DNA of 64,000 nt, from contig NC_086108.1 in the NCBI RefSeq assembly GCF_963921235.1, forward strand, positions 40,922,001 to 40,986,000, in the 5' to 3' direction. This stretch comes from Mobula hypostoma. Lineage: Eukaryota. Numbering within the stretch: position 1 is the first letter of the stretch; each line of letters opens with the position of its first letter. The notes beneath the pieces are model-generated. The model saw nothing but the letters and a program-made list of their open reading frames with translations. It was not told where the DNA came from and ran no database searches. A program made the translations under genes and the position numbers. Positions 13,900 to 24,500 of this stretch are shown in pieces.

Positions 13900-14539
13900 A
13901 ATAGATTAAGACTTTTTTCCTTGGAACAGAGAAAACTGAGAGGAGATTTGATATGAGTGGTATAGATAGGGTAAATGCAAGCAGGCTCTTTTCACTGAGG
14001 TTGAGTGGGACTACAACTAGAGATCAAGAGTTAAGGGTGAAAGGTGAAAAGTTTAAGGGGAACATGAGGGGAATCTTCTCCGCTCAGAGAGTCATGAGAG
14101 TGTGGAATGAACTGCCAGCACAAGTGGATAGGCATGTGGATAGTAGGGGTGTGGAGGTGCTGATCGATGGGAGTAGGCAGTTTAAGTGTTTTCGGCATGG
14201 ACTAGATGGGCCAAACGGCCTGTTGCTGAGCTGCACTTCTCTATGACTCTATAATGTTTCCAAGAAACTGCACACATCTGAAAAATAGAAGTGAACCAAG
14301 GAAGATTTGATTCTTGCAGATGTTCTGGTAAAATTGTCTGGATACCAATATAAAGAGGTCAATGCAGCCATACCCAGCTGGACAACGAAACATTGGTGAT
14401 ACTGTGGTCCATACTGTGTCATTTGTATAGTTAGTCTGTACATAATAACTGTTGCTTTAATACTATCACCTTTTGAAGGGTTGTAACAGCTGCAGAGTGA
14501 GCTACAAGAATGTGTGCATAAAATTTGAAAGGTAATTTT

Positions 14540-14838
14540 AGACACAAGAGATTCTGCAGACACTGGAAAAATATGCAGGAGGAACTCAGCAAGTCAGGCA
14601 GCATCTATGGAGGGGAATAAACAGTCACGTTTCTTGATTCCTTCTTCACCAGCCCTTTAACTCTTCCATTTATCACCTCCTGGCTTCTTACTTCATCCCC
14701 CTTCCCTCAACACTGTCACCTTATTATTCTAGCTTCTGCCTCCTTCCTTTCAAGTCCTGATGAAGGGTCTCGGCCTGAATCTTTGACTGTTTATTCCTTG
14801 CCTTGATGCTGCCTGACATGCATTTTGTGTGTGTTGGT
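14540..14838. mobile_element. Inverted pair of Penelope pLTR fragments
   Basis: 14540-14631 is a minus-strand pLTR; 14640-14838 is a plus-strand pLTR with agtcCTGATGAagggtctcggcctGAAT at 14753-14789. Confidence 0.75.
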
Positions 14839-15769
14839 CCAGAGGTAATCTGTTTGGAAAAAAAAAACATTGGAAGCATGTTGCCTGTCATTTTTAAATC
14901 TTTCATTAATAGAGTACCTTGTTCTGCAATGTAATTGTTTTACCTTGTTCTACCTCAAAACATTATATAATGATTTGATCTGTATGAATAGTATGCAAGA
15001 CAAGCTTTTCACTGTATTTTGTTACTTTTGACAATCATTAACTAATACCAATATCCATATAAATGAGAGACTGTCTCATGTTCTTTATTAATGACTGCAT
15101 ATTGTTTATATTCCATTAGTTTAATTATGCATGATATTAGGTTGATTAGTCGATAAAGTTAAAGAACTAGAGCAAGTTTATGTAGAGAGATATGATATGG
15201 GTTACTATAGAAAATGTACAGTATGTTTCTGATTTAGGGAGAAATTGGCTGATGGATGGCATATGGAAAGGAACTTATATGTAACCCAGGGACTACCTGT
15301 AATTTCAAATAAAATTTCCAGACAGAATATTTTACTTACAATAGTGAGATTCATTATATGAAGGCAGATTTAGTGAAGATTGTCAAGGCAAAGAGATTTT
15401 AATTTGATACTGCTGAAAAACTGGTGAGTGGAAGACAGGATCTATAACTTATGTAGCTTGACAATATTGAGCCATGGCCTTAACCTAATGGTCACTGATA
15501 CTTATAATGCAAATGCAGCTAGAGGTGAACACTTCAGCCTTCCTTTTTGAAGAGCAAATTAATAGATGGAGATTTACTAGTACGGCCATCTAATAGTAAT
15601 GCACTAATGCACATTAGATATCTGAAATTTTTTAGGTTGTTAAAATTTATTATGGTCAAAATACAATGCATTTCATTTAGCAGGCTCTTGTTTAGAATTA
15701 AGGGAATGATTTTAATCCTCAAAAAATGCCGGTGGTAGTAACATGTAAACACGTAAATTTTTATCGCCA

Positions 15770-15975
15770 AGAAAGACAATGCCAAGACAGTGTCCTCCAA
15801 ATCACACACCACTTTGATATGGAAATACATCAGTAATTCTTCATTGTCAATGGGGTCAGTATCCTAGAGCTTCTACTCAAGAACACTGAAGAGGTCTCTC
15901 CATTGGTGAGATACTTGTAATGCTTTAAGCAGATATCTCACCAGTTTCTTCTCGAGGTGCTTTCAAAGTGAACAA
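15770..15975 (+). mobile_element. Old CR1-group LINE 3' remnant
   Basis: tggaaatacatcagtaattcttcattgtcaatggggtcagtatcctagagc...ctcaccagtttcttctcgagg resembles a chondrichthyan CR1-group 3' end (recognised from memory). Confidence 0.5.
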
Positions 15976-17094
15976 TCCACTTCAGGGAGAGTTGTCCACT
16001 GACTATTGTATAACAGAATGGTTACAGCATGAAAGAGAGTAAGTCTCTACAGCTATAGGTATGACTTATCCAAACAATTCCAATTCCCCATCTACTCCCC
16101 ATAGCCCTCCGAACTCTTTCCTTTCTGATGTTGAATCAGCTCTCTTTTGTATGCTGCCAGTTGAACTTCCTCACTACACCTGGCCATGCATTCCAGAACC
16201 TAACCACATCATGCATCAAATGTTTTTGTTTGCGTCATTTTAAATTCTTTTTGTTAATCTCCTTATGTTTATGTCATATAAGAAGGAAAAGCTGGAAATC
16301 CTCAGAAAGTCAGGTAGCATCTATGAAAAGATAAACAGAATTAATGTTGTAGGTCAAAGACTCTCTTCAGAACTAGGGAAAAAAAGATGTTAGTTTTAAG
16401 TTGCAGAGAAGATAGAGGGTGTTGACTGAGACATCAATCCAGCTCTGGGAGAAGGAGGTCAGGTTGCCTTGTTTTCAAACATTCTTGACAGCTGTTAGGG
16501 GAAGAAAACCAGGCAATGGGAAATGTTAAATCCATAAAATATAGGTCATCCCTGCTTCTGATACCAAAATGGTGTAAATGGCCAGCAGATTAGGCCATGT
16601 CTGTAGAGAGAGAAAAACTGAGTCAATATTGCAGCTGCATCATCTTCCATTTTCTGGTAAAAGGAAGAAAAGCAAACAGCCCTACTGTAAATTTCTCTGT
16701 TCTTTTACCCTTATTAGAATGGAGCCCTTTGGTTAAGATTTCTTCTTTTTCTTCCTCTCAATATAGCACAGTGCATTTCCTGTCATTACATTTTATTCAT
16801 CTTCTTTCTGCCTACCTGACCATGAACTTCAGTTTTTAATCAGGACTGGAATTTGAGATTTTGAGAATTTGTGTGTGTTGCTCTCGATTTCCAGCATCTG
16901 CACAACCTCTTGGGTTCAGATTTCAATGACAGGCATCTGGGTTTCATGGGCCCCAAAAACACTGTCTACCCACAGGATTTAAAGCAGCTCAGTGAAAGAA
17001 GTGCTTTTCCAGCACTTTTGTGCTTCAGGAAGAACAGGGTCACCATTTCCAGCTTCTCTTGCATACCCCAAAAACTATCATGCTCCCCTGTATA

Positions 17095-17415
17095 ATAGTC
17101 ATAGTCATAATCATACTTTATTGATCCCGGGAGAAATTGGTTTTCGTTACAGTTACACCATAAATAATTAAATAGTAATATGTAAATTATGCCAGGAAAT
17201 AAGTCCAGGACCAGCCTATTGGCTCAGGGTGTCTGACCCTCCAAGGGAGGAGTTGTAAAGTTTGATGGCCACAGGCAGGAATGACTTCCTATGACGCTCA
17301 GTGTTGCATCTCGGTGGAATGAGTCTCTGGCTGAATGTACTCCTGTGCCCAAGATGGATGGGATGCAGTGGATGGGAGACATTGTCCAAGATGGCATGCA
17401 ACTTGGACAGCATCC
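17095..17415 (-). mobile_element. Rex1/Babar LINE 3' end
   Basis: ORF 17216-17413 has AILDNVSHPLH..STFSQRLIPPRCNTERHRKSFLPVAIKLYN; poly(A) signal and (GACTAT)n tail. Confidence 0.9.
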
Positions 17416-17787
17416 TCTAATCTTGACCATCTCCCTGATCTGATCCCTAATCAATGACTTACCTGGGTCTTCATTTCAGCTTCCAACCTCTCTACAAGCA
17501 CCAGAGATCAAAACTCCAATCCAGTCAGCCTTCATTAGCCTTACTGGGGAGCAAGGAAGTTTTGAAGTCCTATGTCATGACAACATTAAGATTTTATATG
17601 GAAAGCCAATATCAGTAATAGATGCTTTTGTACTGACCATCAAGCAACACTGGAAGGGATTCAAGGGCAATTTAGGGGGATAGAGTGGAAGAACTGAAAG
17701 TAAATGTGGGAATGATCTGGAATATATAAGATGGAGCAGTAGTAAGTTTCGATTAGGTGACGAAAACATGTAAGGTCAGAAGGTAAC

Positions 17788-19985
17788 TTCATGTTCAAGT
17801 CAAGTTTAAGTTCAAGTTTGTTATCTTTCAACCGTACAAATGGTAAAATGCTTGGGGAAGTGGTTTAATGTGTCACTGACAGATGGGGCCAATGTCACCA
17901 ATGCTGTGAAGCAAACAGATGAATGGCTGAAGAAAATTGACAAATCCGAACTTCCCGGTAAATTCAAGACCTGGCTGTACCAATACGGCATTCTGCCCAG
18001 GCTTCTCTGGCTCTTCACACTTTATGAGTTCTCCATGACTGCCTTAGAGGGCATTGAGAGGTAAACCAACAAGCACCTGCGGAGATGGTTGGGAGTTCCC
18101 CCAAGCTTCTCTTCAGTGGGCCTCTACATTCGTTCTGGGCAACCACAGCTTCCCCTGTCATCTGTTGTGGAGGAATTCAAGGTGGCAAAATGCTGAACCT
18201 TATTAAGCTTGAGAGATTCCAATGATGTCTTGGTAAAGCAAGCAGGCGTTACAACCAGATCTGGGCGCAAGTGGGCAGCCAACGCAGCTGTGGAGCAGGC
18301 AGTGTGTTCTCCGAAGCTGCGAGATATCATCGGCAACCCCTGCATCGGGTGGCAAGGCCTCAACTCAGTTCACTTCCAGCAGTTGGGAAACGCAAGCATA
18401 GGAACAGGCAAGACATGGTACAGGCAGAAGTACGAATCCGTGAGGAAGAGAAGCGGATGTCAAAGGCAGTGGAACAAGAGTCTCAGGGTGCCTGGACAAA
18501 ATGGGATCTGCCTAAGTGCAAAATCTCATGGGCAGAGTTATGGAGACTGGAGCCCTTCTGTACTTCCTTCCTCTTGCGATCCGTGTATGACACCCTTCCT
18601 TCACCATTATATCCGTACAAATGGGGAATGAGAGAGGACCTGAACTGTAAGCTCTGTGGTCAAAAGGGGACACTGGCTCATATACTGTCCGGGTGTAAAA
18701 CAGCTCTAACTCAAGGACGGTATAGGTGCCGCCATGATAAGGTGCTTCTGGCTCTTGCTGACACACTAGAGCAGGAGAGATGCAAGAAGAGGACGGCTAG
18801 CACAGACTTGAGGAAGGCTATCACCTTCATCAAAGAGGAAGCCAGGCCTTTCGTAACCAAACAACCAAAGCCCAATCTGCTGCTAACGGCCAGGTCCTGG
18901 GAGATGAGAGTCAATGTGGGAAGGAAGTTGCAGTTGCCGGATGTGGTGCACACAACCCTACGCCCGGACATAATACTGTGGTCTACTGAAGACAGGAAAA
19001 TAACTCTGGTTGAGCTGACTGTGCCATGGGAGGAGGGATGGGAAGAGGCCCATGAGAGAAAAGCCTTGAAGTACCAGCCCTTAGTGCAGAAGTGTAAAGA
19101 CAAAGGATGGCAGGCATGGTTGTTCCCTGTGGAGATCGGCTGCAGAGGTTTCCCAGCCCAATCAGCATGGCAGTTGTTGTCAGATCTGCACCTGGACGAA
19201 AGGAGCAAAAAACAAGCAGCTCATAGGATGGGCAGAACGAGCCTCTTGTTGGATTTGGAGTAGGCGAGAGGAGGGGAGTTGGAAGCCAGGAGCAGATGGG
19301 CAGTGATTTGGCCACCACTGTCGGCCCACCAACTGCAGAGTGTCGTGTTTAAGGGTCGAAACACTCCGTGAAGGTTGGGAACCACCTGATGACATCTGCT
19401 CCTGGCTGAAGGCTGTGGTTACCTTAGAATGCACCCTGACAGGTGTATGTAACAAATATACCATCAAACAAGACAATGTTCCTCTAGACCAAGGTGCACA
19501 ACACAGTCCAAATAACTCACACAAAACATATAAAGTGATATTACCACAAATCAATTAACACATTAACAAATAATAAAAAACATACCCAGAAGATTGACTT
19601 TTCACATAAGGTGTATTTATGACAGAAGTTAAAAACTAAGCAGTATAATGCTACTGGAGCTTCATAAGAGATGACACCTGGGTGGTGGCAGGGAGTTCAG
19701 TCGTCTCACAGCTTGGGGGAGAAGCTGTCTCCTATCATAATAGTCCTTATCCCAATGCTATGGTACCTTCTGCTTAATGGTAGGGGATCAAAGAGATTGT
19801 GGGACAATGGGGGGTATCCTTGACAATGCTAGGGGCCCTATGGATGCAGCTGTCCTGACAATTATCTCAGACGGGGGGAAGTGAGACCCTGATGACTCTC
19901 TCATCAGTCCTCGCAATTCTTTGTAGAGTCTTGCAAGTCAGGTGCCTTGCACTTCCTATAGCAGATAGTCAGAACATGTATTACC
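17788..19985 (-). mobile_element. Rex1/Babar-type 3' fragment split by the HERO insertion (17788-17836 tail; about 19453-19985 body)
   Basis: The (AAGTTC)n tail plus tttgttatctttcaaccgtac on the left continues on the right as aaatataccatcaaacaagacaatgttcctctagaccaagg..., then antisense coding sequence (tggtaccttctgcttaatggtagg, roughly LLPSGRRY). Confidence 0.7.
17840..19450 (+). mobile_element. HERO-type (R2 superfamily) non-LTR retrotransposon, 5'-truncated: RT end, CCHC zinc knuckle, REL endonuclease, 3' UTR
   Basis: VKCLGKWF..LPGKFKTWLYQYGILPRLLW; CKLCGQKGTLAHILSGC..GRY..RHDKVL; LRPDIILWS..LVELTVPWE..AHERKALKY..PVEIGCRGF (PD-(D/E)xK type). After a frameshift the C-terminus reads ASCWIWSRREEGSWKPGADGQ-stop (TGA 19304-19306). 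Two in-frame stops and a few frameshifts. Confidence 0.9.
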
Positions 19986-19989
19986 AGAT

Positions 19990-20224
19990 CCCTTTGTTCT
20001 GGTCAAATTTTGGTTCGGTTTGTTGTTTGATTCAAATGTTTGCATGATTTGTGTTTTTTTCTCTTTCTCTTGCATATTGGGTGTTGGTCTTTTAATTTAA
20101 TTTATTTTTTTTTAAATTGGGTTCTTTCGGGTTCCTTGCTTTGTGGCTAACTGTGAGCAAACAAATCTCAAGGTTGTATAATTTATACATTGTTCGATAA
20201 TAAATGTACTTTGAACTTTGAACT
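19990..20224 (+). mobile_element. Rex1/L2-type 3' tail fragment
   Basis: aatctcaaggttgtata...gataataaatgtactttgaactttgaac end. Confidence 0.6.
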
Positions 20225-21095
20225 GGATCAGCAAAGTTGCGGATGATACCAAGATTCGGAGTGCAGTGATAGTGAGGAAGCCGGAAAAATGGGCTGGAAA
20301 ACAGCAGATGGAAGTTAATTCAGACAAGTTACAGGTGTTGCACTTTGTGAGGACCAATTAGGGTATGTCTTACATAGTGAGTGGTAGAGCACTGAGGAGC
20401 TCGGTAGAACAAAGGCATCTGAGAATTCAGGTCCATAATTCATTGAAAATGATATTACAGATAGATAGGGTCGTAAAGAAAGCTTCCTGGCACGTTGGTC
20501 TCCATTCGTCAAAATAGTGAATACAACAGTTGAGGTGCTGTGTTGAAGTTGTACAAGATGTTGGTTGAGGCCTAATTTAGAACATTACGTGCAGTTTTGT
20601 TTACCCACCTAAGATTGAAAGAATATTGAGAAAATTTACAAGGATATTGCCAGGACTGGAGGACCTGAATTATAATGAAAGACTGAATAGGTTAGAAGTT
20701 TATTCCTCAGAACATAGAAGATTGAGGGAATATTTGACAGAGGTATACAACATTTTGAAAGGGATTGATAGGATATATGCAAACAGGCTTTCTTCCACTG
20801 AGGTTTGGGTGAGACCACTACTAGAGGTCCTGGGTTAAGTGTGAAAGATGAAAAGCTTAAGGGGAACATGAGGGGAAAATTCTTCACTCAGAAGGTGGTG
20901 AAAGTGTGGAACGAGCTGCCAGTGCAAATGGTGGATGTGATTTCAATTTCAATGTTTAAGAGATGTTTAGCTAGGTTATTGGATGGAAGAGGTTTGCTGG
21001 GTGCAGGCCAATGGAAGTAGACAGTTTAAATGGTTTGACACGGACTAGATGAGCCAAAAGGCCTGTTTCTGTGCTGTAGTTTTCAATGACTCTAT
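20225..21095 (+). mobile_element. CR1 LINE 3' fragment
   Basis: SKVADDTK at the start; ORF 20626 has RKFTRILPGLEDLNYNERLNRL and ORF 20805 has FFTQKVVKVWNELP; CR1 tail present. Confidence 0.9.
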
Positions 21096-21555
21096 CTTTC
21101 CTCAAGTAAAGAGAGCAGAACCATACAGACCACTTCAGGTGCGGCCTCACCAGTACCCTGCAAAGTTGCAGCATAACCTCCCTGATTTTAAATTTGATCC
21201 CTCTAGTAATGAAGGCCAACATTCCATTTTTCTTAATATCCCGTTGCACCTGCAAATTAACCTTTTGCGATTCATGCATGAGCAACCCCAAGTCCATCTG
21301 CACAACAGCATGCTGCAACCTTTCATCATTTGAATTATAACGTAATCTTCTATTTTTCCTTCCAAGTGGATTCACCTACCTATACATCTCTACAGACCCT
21401 CACAACCCAAATTGTTAATGTATATTGTGAACCGCTATGTACCTGTGACACTCCAGGTACCACTGAGCACCAACCAGAGAGACACACATTTATCCCAACT
21501 ATCTGCTTTCTATTGGTTAACAAATCCTCTATCCATGTTAATATATTACTGCCTT
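21096..21555 (-). mobile_element. CR1 internal fragments (antisense)
   Basis: ORF 20971-21375 has GMLAFITRGIKFKIREVMLQLCRVLVRPHL; 21440-21540 encodes GVSLWLVL-like RT sequence. Confidence 0.8.
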
Positions 21556-24500
21556 CAATTTTGCAGTTCGAGAGAGCCTCCTCTCACTCCTGAAATGCTT
21601 ATACACCGGCAACTCTTCAGAACAGAATTTATAGGTAGCTTTTCAAACAATAGTTTTAATGTTAGCTTTTGCTGATTGTTTGAAAGGGGAACAAATTTCA
21701 CGTCACATGCCGGTGATAATAAACCTGATTCTGATTCTGAAATATAGAATCACTTGTCAATTATACACATCTTTTGATCCTTATTTGCACTGATGGCTTC
21801 AATAGATGGTTTTACACCAAGAATCACTCTTAACATATTTCATATAGCAAAAGACCAAAGTCGATAGCTGGAAGTTCTGAAAGATAGCTGCCCTTGGAAG
21901 CTACTGTAGATGTATGAGACTTGCACTTTCACTTTGTCCTGCCGCCAAACAGCTGAGCTGCTGCCCCTCAGGTGCATCTTCAAACCACGATGTTTGTTGA
22001 ATTATGGAAATTAAGCTATCTGGAAAATGCAGTCATTTTCTCTCTGGATCTATTGAACTCACTAGAGCAACGCGCAATTGCCAAGTAAATTATAAGGACC
22101 CATTAAAGGAACATCTATAAGATCTGTATTTAAATCAAAATGTTTTATGAATGTCTGTACGGAGGTAATCAAATCTTTGCCACAAAACCTGTAACCAATA
22201 AGCATCAAAGTAAATGAATAACTGCAGTTTAAAAATGACCATTCAGCCTCTAAATTCAAAATATATTAGATTAAATCAAAAAAAAGTAAAACAGTGGTCT
22301 TTGCATCTGTTAATGCACATCTGTGCTGGGTTTAACAATAAAATAATCCATTGTTTAGTTTACACAACTGAGTTCCATTGGATTTTAAGGTTTCCCTTTC
22401 TGATTGCAAGCTTCTTTCATCACCGCTGGCAACTGTCTATTTGCATTTCCTAGATATTGCTCCTACAAACATAATAATATTATTTAAAAATTCATGACAT
22501 GTTAAGAACATGATGCTCAAAACCTATATCTGCCAGCAACGAATCAGCATCAAATGCAAGTTACATAAACTTGTGCACTTTCAGTCAATAGCATCCATTA
22601 ACTTAATCCCACGGGTTTAACGGAACAAAAATCTGAAATAGAATCCTATGACAGCTGGATGTTTAAAAGCTTTTTAATGCAAGGTTTAAAAGTGAGACCC
22701 AATCACACTGCACCTAAGCATTATTATTAATAACTAGACACATTCATGTCAGAGGCGAGGAGGAATCTGAATATTTAAAAATATGTAACAATTTTTGCCC
22801 TGCTTGATTGCAAGGACTTCGTTGCTTAAAAATGTGATCACTTATAGAATGACTGTCAATTGTCTTTTAATACAAAAGCACATTTACTTATGAAGATCAA
22901 TATAAACCCAAGAGACATTAGTTTTAATTATAATATAACCAAGGGGTTGGAAGTATAATCCCAGATTTAAAGCTTGCATTTTCACAACCTGAGTAAATAG
23001 TCACTAAATTGTAGTGAATTTTTCATGCATTCCATTAAGTTCTTTCAAAAGTAAAAATTCACAAAGAGCTCAGGTTACAAGACCTTGATAAGTGCCACAT
23101 TATGTCATTCCTGATGCAGGTTTTGCAGGCTTCTTGGTATTAATGATGTCATTCATCCGCCGTCCCTCTCCATTCTCCTACTGCTGCTCCAGAGCTATTC
23201 ATAGATGCTTGTCACCTCTCATCATTCGCATGCCCCACTGAACCTCCATTAAGTCACATTCCAAAATTCTCCAGCTCTTCACCTGTCATCTGTTGTTTTT
23301 GTGTTCCAGAATGCTGAGGGCTGTAACTAGTACCCAAGGCATGCCTTTGCTGCTTAAAACAAGCAAAGCACAAAGTCATCACCAATCCTTCCAGTCTCAT
23401 CAAGTCAGACCAAACTAAATGAATACTGACGACAATCTCTTAGTTTACAAATGCATTTGTTGGGAAAAGTGATTGAATAAAATGTTCTGACTGGACACTG
23501 TTTCAAAACACAGCTTGTATTTTAATATTTTTGCTAGCATTAGCAACTGTGCTGTTTCTTTTTCTTATTTTCTAATATTTTAAGTATATGTTGTCATAAT
23601 CATGGAAAAACTTAAGCTTTATTCAGCTGAATGATGAACCCAGAATGCGCATATTTAAATATCACTACATGACGTGATGAGATTGTATTTCAGCTGACTT
23701 ACCAATGATAAGAAACTGTTGAACAAAAGACACTGAAACCATTCCTGAAGTATGAGTAATAAGGATTACAATTTTTTTCAAGAGGCAAGTACATTGATTG
23801 CCTCAAGCCTGTAAAGTCAGAGTTTTTGTATGGGATTTGTGAACAAAGTGCCATAATTTTTCCTTCAGATTTTTTAAAAAAAGTATGTAAATTTAATCTT
23901 ATGTGGTAATGGAATGTACTGATCCTGCCTGGAGTGCACTTTTAATCCAATAGCTCAGATTCTCTCAAGTGTTATGTGCAGTCAAATTGTATTATGTACA
24001 ATATGTTGAACTGTACAAGTTGGCTATAAGCAGTCTTGAGAATGAAAAATGATTATAAATAACTCTGAAATAATCAGGACAGGGCCAAAAGAAACCACAC
24101 TTGCAAACATGTGACTATAGAATGCTAGTAAAAGCTGACCAGCAAGCAAACAGCTCATAATTAGGTAGCACCTTCAATGTTGAGAGACATCTCAAAGCAT
24201 TCTTCATGAGTGGTCCTGACACCAGGGTGTGGTCCGAGCACTATACTGCATAGAGTATCAAAGTAAACCACAAGAAGTTGTCAACAAACTGGAGCACTAC
24301 CAGCTCCTAGAGGTAATCCTGCTGCCCCACTGCTGAACGTGTGGGGTGAGGGGACTACCTGAAGCAATGCCATCCAGACTGAGGATGATTGGCTTCCACT
24401 CTGGTTCTCTGGATTTTGAAGAGACTGTTGAGACCAGGGAATCCCAGACCCTTCCACAGGTGGAGCAGGAAGTGCCTCACCGAGGAAGTGCTCAAGCAGT

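Larger units (their letters stand above)
13020..14252 (+). mobile_element. CR1 LINE 3' fragment interrupted by a Penelope insert
   Basis: KWQMEFNAVKCEV-like start; ORF 13953 has GIDRVNASRLF..QRVMRVWNELP; CR1 tail at about 14200-14250. Confidence 0.9.

Noticed and set aside
18271..19263. Intact 330-aa nuclease gene or domesticated gene
   Set aside because: It is a frameshift-bounded piece of a 5'-truncated retrotransposon ORF; its N- and C-terminal residues are out of the true frame.
19300..19395. SECIS element recoding the HERO TGA
   Set aside because: GUGA...UGAU is present, but no proper helix II or apical AA spacing can be formed.
23624..23700. Box C/D snoRNA (ATGATGA 23631, GTGATGA 23674, CTGA 23694)
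   Set aside because: The only terminal stem overlaps the D box instead of flanking it, and I could not identify an rRNA/snRNA guide; a snoscan or Rfam search would settle it.
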